Part shown: in pieces, positions 30,001-41,835 of the stretch | How the letters are laid out: each line of letters begins with the position of its first letter | Numbering within the stretch: the first letter of the stretch is position 1 | NCBI GenBank assembly: GCA_964016885.1 | Contig: OZ024743.1 | Location: forward strand, 297,538,001-297,602,000 | Direction: 5' to 3' | DNA length: 64,000 nt | Source: Eledone cirrhosa | Taxonomy: Eukaryota | Position numbers and translations under genes: made by a program | Notes under the pieces: model-generated | Database searches by the model: none | Told to the model about the DNA's origin: nothing | What the model saw: the letters and a program-made list of their open reading frames with translations, nothing else

Positions 30001-30274
30001 TACCAGTGACGTACGTAAGTGTTACGAGAGGAGATATCAGTGACGTATGTAAGAGTTAGGAAGGAGATGTCAGTGACGTATGTAAGTGTTAGGAGAGGAG
30101 ATACCAGTGACGTATGTAAGTGTTACGAGAGGAGATACCAGTGACGTATTTAAGAGTTACGGGAGGAGATACCAGTGACGTATGTAAGTGTTAGGAGAGG
30201 AGATATCAGTGACGTATGTAAGAGTTAGGAAGGAGATATCAGTGACGTATGTAAGAGTTAGGGGAGGAGATACC
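1..30274. repeat. 34-bp tandem satellite/minisatellite array (~890 monomers), open at the left window edge
   Basis: Head-to-tail copies of GAGTTAGGAGAGGAGATACCAGTGACGTATGTAA with recurrent variants (ATATC/ATACC, AAGTG/AAGAG, GTCAG/GTAAG, TTACG/TTAGG, 33-bp GGAAGGAG units, 39-bp units with a GAGAG insertion). There are no unique spacers and no long ORF. Confidence 0.99.
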
Positions 30275-30281
30275 TCCTCCC
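30262..30281 (+). other. Terminal hairpin closing the array (GGGAGGAG-ATAC-CTCCTCCC)
   Basis: Perfect 8-bp stem with a 4-nt loop. The left arm and loop are the last monomer. It is followed by TTTCTA-CTAA-T. Confidence 0.9.
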
Positions 30282-30514
30282 TTTCTACTAATAGAATCAT
30301 CTTCCTACACACACACCCACACTCACACACAAACAAGCACACAAATAAACATACATTTCTCAACTTTCTTTATTTTAATAGAAAGTCTGAATTCTGACAC
30401 CCCATCGCACGAGCCATATTCACTGAACCAGAACAATTCTCCCCATCCCGTTTTTCTTGACCATTATCTTTTGTTTGGCACAAAATTCTCTAAATGGTTA
30501 CAAAAAAATTCCCA

Positions 30515-30875
30515 AATAGGGTTGCGAAATTTAATGTTCTTGTTCACGTGACAGTCATAACTTCATTTATAACCAATCAAATTACATTTATAAAAAAAAG
30601 ACTTCGTGAGCCACCTTTTTTTAAGTAAAAAGAAATCCAAACACAAACTGGCGCGAAAGCTGATGTGCTTATTCACGTGATTGCATCAACCAACCAAACT
30701 TCACTCATATATGAAAAAACAATCTGAGCCCCCCCCCCCCCTTTTTTGAAGGCAAATATAATAAGAACTTTGTAACGCGAACTGGCGCTAAATTTATTAT
30801 ACTTATTCACCAACCAACCAAATTACTTCTCAAAAAACCTAGCATTTCGCGCCACTTTATTCCATATAAAACAGA
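30515..30875 (+). promoter_or_regulatory. Three diverged ~130-bp tandem units with E2F-like, E-box and CCAAT-like motifs, plus a TATA-like box
   Basis: Units start near 30519, 30648 and 30782. GGCGCGAAA at 30650-30658, TTTCGCGCC at 30845-30853, CACGTG at 30545 and 30674, CCAAT at 30573, TATAAA at 30865. Promoter function is inferred from motifs only. Confidence 0.45.
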
Positions 30876-31374
30876 AGTAACATTCGAAGACCAACCAGAT
30901 GTGAGAAAAACCACAAACCCTCCATCTCAATTCTACTTTTGAAAAGCACGAGAACTGGGAAACCGGTAAAGGAACCAAATAAATATATATTTAAAAAAAA
31001 AAGACTCCAGTTGCATTTTCGATTTCATCTCTTTTTCTTATACTCGTGTAGGACATCTCGTTTTTTTTCATTTTGTAAAAAAACCTCATTTTCTAATATT
31101 ATATATATATATATATATATATAGTAATAATAATAAATTTGAAGACTAAAATCAAAGGAGGGCTCGATATGGATAAATATATATCAAATATATATGAACC
31201 GTAGGCAAATATTTATTAAAATAACAGATTAAAGTTTAAGCAAAGAATCGCTGCTTTCACCCTTAACGGGATCTTCTGAAACTAACAAAGTCAATCTGTG
31301 AACGCGGAACTGAATATTTCAAAAAACGTTGAAACCGGAGGAAGACAGGAAGACGATACTTTGGTTCGTGGAAA

Positions 31375-31635
31375 CGTTCCCTGGCAAAGAACGGAAAAAA
31401 ACGAATATAATACGTCATTATTTGGAGCGGTGAAAAACAATTACACGCAAAGACAAAACCACGTTTATGGTATAAAAGAAGTCGTAGACTAATATTCTAT
31501 TAGGTGGTTCATAGAGACTTTCTCTGGCAATGAACGGAAAAAACGAAGATAATACGTCATATGTGGAGCGGGCAGAACAAAGACAAAACCACGTAAATGG
31601 TATACTGTAGTCGTAGTCTAAAATTCTAACTAGGA
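31375..31635. repeat. Diverged ~140-bp direct duplication upstream of the GIY-YIG remnant
   Basis: CTGGCAA..GAACGGAAAAAACGAA.ATAATACGTCAT..TGGAGCGG..CAAAGACAAAACCACGT..ATGGTATA..AGTCGTAG.CTAA.ATTCTA occurs at ~31381 and ~31524. Confidence 0.85.
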
Positions 31636-31661
31636 AACCGAATGATTCTCGGCTTCTTTGC

Positions 31662-32121
31662 GTGCCGGATGAATGCCCATTACAGGGCAAATGTAACACC
31701 AAATCTGTTGTTTATGAGGCCAAAGTGACACCTTTAATCAACAACCAGCCAGCCAGGAGTGAGCGATATGTTGGCATGACCCAGGACAGGTTTAAAACCA
31801 GGTTTCATGCACATGTCGCTTCTTTTAAGCACTCCGATAAACGAACAGCAACGGCCCTCGCAAGTAAGGTGTGGGAATTCAAGGATAAAAACATCCCGTA
31901 CTCTATCGATTGGTCTATTTTAGACCATTCGAGGGAGTACCAAAGGGGCACAGAGAATTGTTCTTTGTGTACCACAGTAAAAATATAGGATTTTGCTAAA
32001 CTTGAAAGCCACTTCTGCTTGCCTGAACTCAAAGACCGGGATCTTCAGATGTTGTCCTCATCTGAAATCACATCTGATCTGTAACTGGATTGACATTCCT
32101 ATGATAACTCAACCACCTTGA
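31662..32121 (+). pseudogene. Penelope-like element C-terminal GIY-YIG endonuclease, frameshifted; no RT upstream
   Basis: Reads CPLQGKC..VVYEAKV..YVGMTQDRFKTRFHAH..TALASKVW..WSIL..CSLC. Removing one T at ~31978 restores TTEKYRILL..LNSKTGIFRCCPH up to TGA at 32119-32121. Confidence 0.85.
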
Positions 32122-32324
32122 ACTCCTTCTCTGCTCTTTACTTCCACTACGGCTTTTTTACCTGCTGATTCCACGTTCTGTACTCTCGTATTCTCTTTCT
32201 CCCTTATCTCCCATTATATTTAAACCTTTTCCTATGTCATTTATTTCCCCCCTCTTTTTCCCCCCTACTTTTTTGCCTTACCCTTCACATACCAACATTT
32301 TTTTATTTTTAGATATTAATTTTT

Positions 32325-33090
<766 letters not shown>

Positions 33091-33559
33091 TAATTATATA
33101 CAGTGATTTAATGCTCATTTTCATTGATCTTTTGCTCCAGGAACTTGTTGAGTGCTCTAAATCTGCTATAAACATTTATACCCTTTTCTAAATATATATT
33201 TTTTTATTTATTATTCGTCGTATTGCCAACTTTTTATTTTTATTTTTATTTTTATTTTTATTTTTATATATACAATATTTTTTTATATATATAATCGGAA
33301 AAAATGAAACGATATTTCATTTCCCACACTTAGTACGGCTGTTACTTAAATATAAGTATGTACACGTACATACATATATGTATACAGACGTACAGTAGTA
33401 TGTATATATATATACATAGATGCACACATATATATATATACACGTATGGATTCACCGAACATTTATTATAATGCTCGGTGTGTTTCTAAACAAACATCCC
33501 GTATTAAGCTGTAGTGTCTAGCAACCACCGTTGCTCGTTTGTTCAATACTGACAAAGGA

Positions 33560-33602
33560 ACGATGTACTAATTTCAAGCTTGTTAGCTATCGTCAGCAAC
33601 GT
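33560..33602 (-). ncRNA. Type I hammerhead ribozyme motif (family A)
   Basis: Minus strand: acgttg CTGACGA t-agct-aaca-agct-t GAAA ttag TA catcgt. One mismatch in stem I. Confidence 0.65.
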
Positions 33603-33872
33603 ATACCTTCCTGCCAGATTGTTGAACGTATATACTTACCTTATGCATATTAACGGCTGAGTAGCCCAATTTGCATATCGAGTGGGTTAATCGGCCGGGT
33701 GCACCGAAAACGATAAACGGAAAAAATGAAACGATATTTCATTTCCCACTCTTAGTACGACTGTTACTTAAATATAAGTATGTACATGTACATACATATA
33801 TGTATACATATATGTATATATACATATATATATACATATATGTATACGTTAAACAATCTGGCAGGAAGGTAT

Positions 33873-33915
33873 ACGTTGCTGACGATAGCTAACAAGCTTG
33901 AAACTAGCACAGCGT
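33873..33915 (+). ncRNA. Hammerhead motif, probably inactive (family A)
   Basis: acgttg CTGACGA tagctaacaagctt GAAA ctag CA cagcgt. The cleavage-site UH is changed to CA. Confidence 0.55.
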
Positions 33916-34285
33916 TCCTTTGTCAGTGTTGAACAAACGAGCAACGGTGGTTGCTAGACACTACGGCTTAATACGGGATGTTTGTTTACAAACACACCGA
34001 GCATTATAATAAATGTTCGGTGAATCCATACGTGCATATATATATGTGTGCATGTATGTATATATATACATACTACTGTACGCCTGTATACATATATGTA
34101 TGTACGTGTACATACTTATATATATATAATGTTTATGTTCTTTCTCATATATATATATATATATATATAGTTATATGTGTGTGTGTGTGTGTATGTATGT
34201 ATGCATACGTATGTGTATGTATATATGTGTGTGTAGGTATATATGTGTATGTGTGTATGTATGTATGTGTATATATGTGTATATA

Positions 34286-34361
<76 letters not shown>

Positions 34362-34480
34362 GGAGTTAAACAAGGTTAAATTGAATTATCTAAGAATGAG
34401 TTTTACACACACACATATATATGAGTGTGTTTGTGATATATATGTATATGTATGTGTATGTGTATGTGTGTATGTATGTG

Positions 34481-34515
<35 letters not shown>

Positions 34516-34937
34516 GTGTGTATATGTATATGTGTGTTTGTATGTATATGTGTATGCGTATGTATGTGTTTATGTATTTGTATATGTATATTTATGTATG
34601 AGAGTGTGTATGTATTTATTTTTACGTATGTATGTGTACGTGCATTTATGTGTATTGCTTACCACGTGTGTTTGTTCATTTATTTGTTGCCTGTATCGCC
34701 GTCAACACTATAATAAGCTTTATATTCATTTTTATTATTTTTTTATTATTATATATTTTTTCTTATATTTATTTGTGTGTGTGAGTATGTAGGTGTGTGT
34801 ATATATTTCTATATTTGTGCATGCGTATGTATACGTGTATATATGTGTGTATGTATGTGTATATATACGTATGATTGTGTGTATGTATGTATGTGTATGT
34901 ATATATGTATGTATATGTATGTGTATGTATTATATAC

Positions 34938-35211
34938 GTGGGAAAGTAAAAAATCGGAGAATAGACCGTTAAAACATGTTTATTTAAAACAGCACCTACG
35001 TACGTTTCGCCCAGTTGGGCTTCTCAAGGGCATAAATAATCAAAAGTGTTCCTTATATTGCTCGGAAAGAGTTTTGGGGGTTAATATAAGGAATATAACC
35101 GAGCAATATAAGGAACACTTTTGATTATTTATGCCCTTGAGAAGCCCAACTGGGCGAAACGTACGTAGGTGCTGTTTTAACGGTCTATTCTCCGATTTTT
35201 TACTTTCCCAC
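34938..35211. mobile_element. Near-perfect inverted repeat (arms 34938-35065 and 35099-35211) carrying a variant hammerhead; Penelope pLTR-like
   Basis: The arms are reverse complements apart from a ~14-bp indel. The right arm has tgcc CTTGAGA a-gccc-aact-gggc GAAA cgtacg TA ggtg at ~35132-35171. Confidence 0.75.
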
Positions 35212-35463
35212 ATGCTTACGCTCTGCTAACTCTCTAGCCCACTAAATATTAACACTTCGAATATTTAATACTGCCAGCACTAGTATCGAGCACCTTTGGC
35301 ATACGCTACTTGGCAAATAACTATATGTATCACCTATCCTCCCCTTTTTTTCTCTTTCTCGATACGTAAATACTGTATATATATATATGTGTGTGTGTAT
35401 ATATATGTATCTGTGTGTATGTATGTATATGTATGTTTATGTATATATGTATATATATATGCA

Positions 35464-35531
<68 letters not shown>

Positions 35532-35845
35532 CACGTTTGTGTATTTGTATGTATGTGTATGTATGGATATGTTGATATTTATGTGTGTATGTATGTGTAT
35601 ATGTATGTTTATGGATATATGTACACATATATATGTGTGTGTGTGTGTATATATGTGTGTGTGTATGTAAGTGTGTATGTATATATATATGTGTATGTAT
35701 ATATTTGTGTATGTATATATTTGTGTGCGTGTGTGTTTGCATGTGTGTTTTTATTTTTCCTTTCCTTCTTCCTTTTCCAGCCTCACTTTCATATAGATTA
35801 TATTTTTGTTTTTAAAATCCAACGCCAATAAATACACCAGGATTT

Positions 35846-35906
35846 TTTCATTCTGATGATTGAAAGCAAAATTCTTTTGCTTTTAAGAAACCTCTGGTAA
35901 ATGAAA
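35846..35906 (+). ncRNA. Type I hammerhead ribozyme, canonical core
   Basis: tttcatt CTGATGA [ttgaaagcaaaa-ttc-ttttgcttttaa] GAAA cc-tct-gg TA aatgaaa. Stem I is a perfect 7 bp and stem II is long. Confidence 0.8.
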
Positions 35907-36007
35907 TAATTGCCTTATGTTGTTTATTACATAAATATTAAGCTCTGTTACCTACATAGAGCACTCTTTTTTCCTGGACTTTTCCGACGGAATTACTTCA
36001 TTCACAT

Positions 36008-36088
<81 letters not shown>

Positions 36089-36963
36089 GTGTATTTTATA
36101 TATGAGATTCATTCATACAAAATATATCTTAAACATTATTCAAATACTTTTCATAATTTTCGATCCAAATACTGAAAACTGGGAGAAATTGTGAGAGGAA
36201 ATGTATGGCAGAATGAGATGAAATGATAATTTCATCTTATACTAAGTAGTAAAGTAGTAAGTACATACAATCTCTGCTTTGTGTATAAAGCTGCATCCAC
36301 TTATTAAGTTATGTCTGCCTATTTTTGAGAAATTAAAAAAACATAAAGACTTTCGTTGTTTGTATTTTTCCAACAGTAGTTGGTAAGAGGATTTGTGAAC
36401 CCTTCCACCACAGAATTACAATTTAGTGCTCAGAATCACGATAAATTATATATATATGGCTATGAAATCCATAGACAAGATCTTTAGATTTCCTCTCACA
36501 TAAGGTCTTAGTGGTTTGGTTAGCGGTTATCTCAAGCTGGTCAAATTAAGCCAGTGTTTAACTCGTTAACATGAGAGTGTTGAAACAAGCTTTCTCTGTT
36601 TGTGGTTAACTATTAAAACGGAAACTTCACTTTAGATCAAGTGATCGCTTAGCAGAATAAATATTTTAATTAATAAGTATTCTAGAAGTATTCTCGGGAA
36701 TATTTAGCAGACAGAAATTTGAATGAATTAAACCAAGAAACGGTTTAATTTCTATATATGCTGATATAATCAAACACACCACCACACATTCAAAAGCATT
36801 ATACGGATACGTACATATACACCAATGTTTTAGATGTTTATGAGTCTGTTTCAGTGCGCATGCGTTTCTGTGTGCGCACGTGTTGCGTGTATGCATATGT
36901 GTAGGTGAATTTCTTCGACTTGTGATATTAAAGTATTTGAAAAACATCAGTGATAAGATAGTA

Positions 36964-37102
36964 GTTTCTGATTTAGGCACAAGACCAGCAATTTTGTTTT
37001 TGGGGGAAATCGATTAAATCGACCCCAGTGCGTTAGTGGTAATTTATTTCATCGACCCCGTAAGGAAAGCTAGTTTCGGCGAGATTTGAAGTCAGAACGT
37101 AA
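36964..37102 (-). mobile_element. tRNA-derived SINE fragment
   Basis: Shares AGGCACAAG.CCAGCAATT..ATCGACCCCAGT..ATCGACCCCGTAAGG..CGGCGAGATTTGAA.TCAGA with the copies at 42.7, 44.5, 54.2 and 60.0 kb. Confidence 0.75.
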
Positions 37103-37190
37103 AATAACGTAAATAAAAGGATAAGATGATACTACGCAAAATTATTATATTGTATATGGTTATATAATCTATGTAGCAATGACAGACACG

Positions 37191-37242
<52 letters not shown>

Positions 37243-37247
<5 letters not shown>

Positions 37248-37571
37248 TATCGAATCGGATAGACAGAAGTGGTACTATGTGGGATCTACAGCCACCTCCT
37301 TCAAATCACGCCTTTATAGACATCGTTACTCGATAAAACATGAAAACCAGCGTTATGTAACAACATTCGCAGACAAGGCTTGGCAGCTGCGTGAAAATAA
37401 CCAACAATTTCACCTAAAATGGGATATAATAGCGGTTGCCACCCCCCCCCCCCCCCATATTCCAATGAACAGGAATTTTGTAAATTATGTAATGTAGAAT
37501 TATTTTGTATTATGAAATCCAAAAACATTTTATTAAATAACAGAATAGAGCGATCGTTATTACTAATATAA
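37243..37571 (+). pseudogene. Second Penelope-like GIY-YIG remnant, 5'-truncated at (TA)n and frameshifted in a poly-C run
   Basis: Reads YYVGSTATSFKSRLYRH..TTFADKAWQLRE..WDII. After the C-run, another frame reads PYSNEQEFCKLCNVE..LLNNRIE. Confidence 0.8.
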
Positions 37572-37607
37572 ATACTTCAATTTTTCTGATTTTATCCAGT
37601 TTATCCA

Positions 37608-37730
37608 AAATCTCTGAAGAAGTGACAACTGATTATACATTTGCTATCGAATACTTGCTAACATTATATGATTACGCAAGCAGCGATACATAGGTATTCG
37701 GTCTGTTACAGAAACATATGTCAATACCTA
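37608..37730 (+). ncRNA. Degenerate hammerhead motif downstream of the GIY-YIG remnant
   Basis: CTGAAGA at 37614, long stem II (gtgaca/tgttac, gaatactt/aggtattc), GAAA CATATG TC at 37711-37722, then AATAAA. Stem I pairs poorly. Confidence 0.5.
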
Positions 37731-37776
37731 ATAAATTCCTTTTTTAACAAAAGCACTTTCATTTTATATTCATCCT

Positions 37777-37807
<31 letters not shown>

Positions 37808-37814
<7 letters not shown>

Positions 37815-38685
37815 AACAATACAATATGATTACCTCATTACCAGAGGTTTTCCGAATAAGACGAATACAAGAAACGTCCTCATTCGTTCGTCGGACAAGG
37901 CAATTTAAAACTGAATTATTTGAAAAATCTCTTCAAGAAAGGCAAAAGTTTAACGGACAAATAAAATATATAAATAAAAGTAATGCAAGAGATATATAAA
38001 AATAAAATAAGGAAATATAGTTGGGGTATGTGTATAAATGTGTGTATATTCACTCAGAAATGTACATATGTGTGTATGTACAAATGCATGTGTATAGTGA
38101 AAAAATGTGTGCGTAAGTACATATATGAGGGCAATCATATCAGTGTATGTGTGACCACAATTACGTATATAATATATGTTGAAAAAGAAATTGTAAGATA
38201 ATAGAGTTAACGTACATCCAGACTCAGGTATTAAGGATTGAAATATATACACATACAAGTATGAAAGCACGCGTATAAACACACACGCGCGACCACATAC
38301 ATGCGAGTGATATATACAGGGAAGGGAGTGTATCAGTCAAAGCAGTGTCAGTCTGAAGGTCGATACATATAAAAATGAAAAAATGAAAAAATATGAGAAT
38401 AAAAAAATGTTTAATCAAGGAGAAAGTAAGATGGAGGGGTTATCAATTATAAAGTAACACTAAAAAAAATAGAAAACAAACATAGGTTCGTACGTACACA
38501 CATATATATATAAATATATATATAAATACGTACTGACAAAAGCACAGACACGCGTACATACATACAAAGGCGCGCATACATACACACGAAGCACATATAT
38601 ATATATATAGGCACATGTATATCTAATCACACGCAGGCACGCGACCATACATATATATATACACACATACATACACACACACACT

Positions 38686-38745
<60 letters not shown>

Positions 38746-39973
38746 CACACATACACATACACATACACACGTATATATAAGTATGTAAAAAATACCAGTT
38801 GCCCACACATGAAATCACACTTGCTTTCCAGCTCATATAAACTTAACTCACTTTCAGATACTTATCCTCCATAAACTCTTGTTCTTCACTTTCCTTAAAT
38901 TACCCTCTTTACAGACTTCTCTTTCTGATTTACTTTTATTTTTATTTTTAACTTTATTTTTACTTCACATCCACCAGTGACAACCCCCCCCCCTGCTTTT
39001 TGATTCACTTACCTTATATCTTCACATTTCCACACATTTTACTTCCCCATTTTCTTTCACTACCTGATATCACTGTCACTTGCGTTTTCAACTCCAGATA
39101 TATTCTGTTGTCTCTCAGCCGCTTTTATGTATGTTTACTTGCGTATAATTTGTACTCATTTATTCATACGGCTAGTTTTTAATTTGTATCTATGCGTGTG
39201 AGTATGCATGTGTGTGTATGCGTGTTTGTAAGTGTATACGAACGCATTCGTATGTGCGCGTGTGTGTGTATATGTGTGTGTGTATGTGTGTTTTTATATC
39301 TATGTTTTTTACATACTTATATATACGTGTGTGTGTGTATGTGTGTATGTGTGTATGTATATGTATTTATATATATATATATATTGGTGCTACTGGTAAC
39401 ATGTATCCCAGTACAACCTGTCTCATGGTCGGGTCGTTGGCGACTAAACTGGCAACCCCACCAAGGTTTCTTGGTGAGGAGGGTGACTTTGGACATCCTG
39501 CAGGACTAAAAACAAAACCTGTCAAAGGGCAAAGGAGCTCTTAAGAGTCAATGGCAATCCAAAATCACTGGGAGAGATGACCCCTTAGCCTTTGTCAAGA
39601 CAGAATTCTAGGAGAAGGAAAACTCTGATATAACACCTGCAACCCTGATGGTATCCAATGATGTTGACTTGTTCTTCTTTTTGGTAAATATCATCTTGGT
39701 TAAGAGAGTGGGACTGGCTTTGTGCAGTGCCTTTGCTCACTATAAAAGCTTCACGGCACAGGCATTGCTTTATATCTGGAGATCTCTCTGCACTTGTCGT
39801 CACATGGTACCATAGGCCCAGCACTATGTGTCAATAATTGTCGCAAGTGTAGTGTTTGTACAAGAGTTTTTAAGTCGCTGGCTGGACTAAAAAGTCACAC
39901 TTGTTCAGCGCATCGGTAGGAGTTCTACATGGATATAGAGTAGTGGCCGTACTCGAAAACGAGTTGGCAGCCA

Positions 39974-40019
<46 letters not shown>

Positions 40020-40891
40020 ATGTATGTGTGTATATATATATATGTATGGTCGCGTGCGTGCATGTGATTAGATATACATGTGCCTATATATATATATGTG
40101 CTTCGTGTGTATGTATGCGCGCCTTTGTATGTATGTACGCGTGTCTGTGCTTTTGTCAGTACGTATTTATATATATATTTATATATATATATGTGTACGT
40201 ACGAACCTATGTTTGTTTTCTATTTTTTCTAGTGTTACTTTATAATTGATAACCCCTCCATCTTACTTTCTCTTTGATTAAACATTTTTTTATTCTCATA
40301 TATTTTTTCATATTTTCATTTTTATATGTATCGACCTTCAGACTGACACTGCTTTGACTGATACACTCCCTTCCCTGTATATATCACTCGCATGTATGTG
40401 GTCGCGCGTGTGTGTGTTTATACGGGTGCTTTCATACTTGTATGTGTATATATTTCAATCCTTAATACCTGAGTCTGGATGTACGTTAACTCTATTATCT
40501 TACAATTTCTTTTTCAACATATATTATATACGTAATTGTGGTCACACATACACTGATATGATTGCCCTCATATATGTACTTACGCACACATTTTTTTACT
40601 ATACACATGCATTTGTACATACACACATATGTACATTTCTGAGTGAATATACACACATTTATACACATACCCTAACTATATTTCCTTATTTTATTTTTAT
40701 ATATCTCTTGCATTACTTTTATTTATATATTTTTTTGCCCGTTAAACTTTTGCCTTTCTTGAGGAGATTTTTCAAATATTTCACTATGTTTTAAATTGCC
40801 TTGTCCGACGAACGAATGAGGACGTTTCTTGTATTCGTCTTATTCGGAAAACCTCTGGTAATATGGTAATTATATTGTATTGTTTATTATA
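37808..40891. repeat. Long inverted repeat, arms ~37808-38680 and ~40013-40891, with a ~1.3-kb spacer
   Basis: The arms are near-identical reverse complements; the same spurious peptide is predicted at 37950-38282(-) and 40354-40794(+). The outer ends carry a variant hammerhead (attgccttgt CCGACGA..GAAAA cctctgg TA) related to the one at 35846. Confidence 0.9.
39385..39975 (+). mobile_element. (TA)n-flanked insertion resembling an RTE-type 5' UTR derivative
   Basis: The block is GC-richer than its flanks and lies between TA runs. It contains CTAGGAGAAGGAAAACTCTGA, a motif I recall from RTE LINE 5' UTRs (unverified), and is homologous to 53768-53864(-). Confidence 0.4.
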
Positions 40892-40970
40892 CATTATATT
40901 TAGCTATGGTACTTACATAGAGCACTCTTCACTCCTATGACTTTTTCAATGTTCAACGGAAACTTCAATA

Positions 40971-41063
<93 letters not shown>

Positions 41064-41217
41064 TTATCAGCTAAAACTGTTAAAAACCATCAGCAATTGT
41101 TTCTCAGATAAAAAGGAGGAGTAGAAAAAGCTTTATCCCGCTGGAGAGATGTAAAATGTATTATATATATATATATAAAACTATCTCTCCCCTCCCCTAT
41201 CTCTCTCTCCCACACAC

Positions 41218-41268
<51 letters not shown>

Positions 41269-41276
41269 CTACCAAC

Positions 41277-41835
41277 TAGTTATCGCTCTACATGGCTGAA
41301 TACAATAAGTGTAATCTGAGTTTTTAGAATATTAATAATAACATTCGATTCGTTTGCAATTATGCAAACAGCCTCTTTTATAAGCCCTGTCAGTAGAATA
41401 AGCCTCCTCATTCTTGCTCTTGCGTTGGCATGTAAACAGAACTGCAGACACTAATGTTTCTGAGTGATTTCCCTTCATCTGTGCAGTTTACTGCTTACCT
41501 GCCAACTGCCAGAGCTAGTGAAAATATATGATATTTTCTGAAATCTACAGTGACTGATCGGCCTGATTTGCATATTAGCAGACTGGCTGATCAGCCAGAT
41601 TTGAATATCAGCAGAACTCTCAGTCAGTTTCATGTATACGAACGATTAATGGCCGGCTTTGACATATTGAAAAAATATATATATATCGTTCTACATGGTT
41701 GACTACAATAAAAGTAATCTGAGTTTTTCGAATATTAATAATAATATTCGATTCGTTTGCAATTATGCACACAGCCTCTTTTATAAGCCATGTTAGTAGA
41801 ATGAGCCTCTCATTCTCGCTCTTGTGTTGCCATGC
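41277..41835 (-). mobile_element. Family B non-coding hammerhead element, ~1.4 tandem units (unit ~403 bp)
   Basis: TATCG.TCTACATGG.TGA.TACAATAA recurs at 41281 and 41684. The hammerhead at 41439-41489(-) has a mutated core (CAGATGA). Confidence 0.8.

Larger units (their letters stand above)
33296..34120. mobile_element. Family A non-coding hammerhead element: partial tandem (unit ~422 bp) plus inverted segment
   Basis: CGGAAAAAATGAAACGATATTTC occurs at 33296 and 33718. Segment 33844-34118 is the reverse complement of ~33355-33632. Homologous to the loci at 55.3 and 62.3 kb. Confidence 0.85.

Noticed and set aside
1-30274. CRISPR array
   Set aside because: Monomers are contiguous with no unique spacers, there are no cas genes, and the context is eukaryotic.
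1-30274. Telomeric array (the monomer contains TTAGG)
   Set aside because: TTAGG occurs once per 34 bp, and the G-rich strand runs toward the internal junction, opposite to telomere polarity.
1-30397. Repetitive protein-coding region, including ORFs 30157-30363 and 30188-30397
   Set aside because: 34 is not a multiple of 3 and stops recur on both strands. The edge ORFs are chance read-throughs.
31240-31285. Hammerhead-like motif on the minus strand (CAGAAGA tccc..gggt GAAA)
   Set aside because: The core is mutated, there is no UH site, and stem I does not pair.
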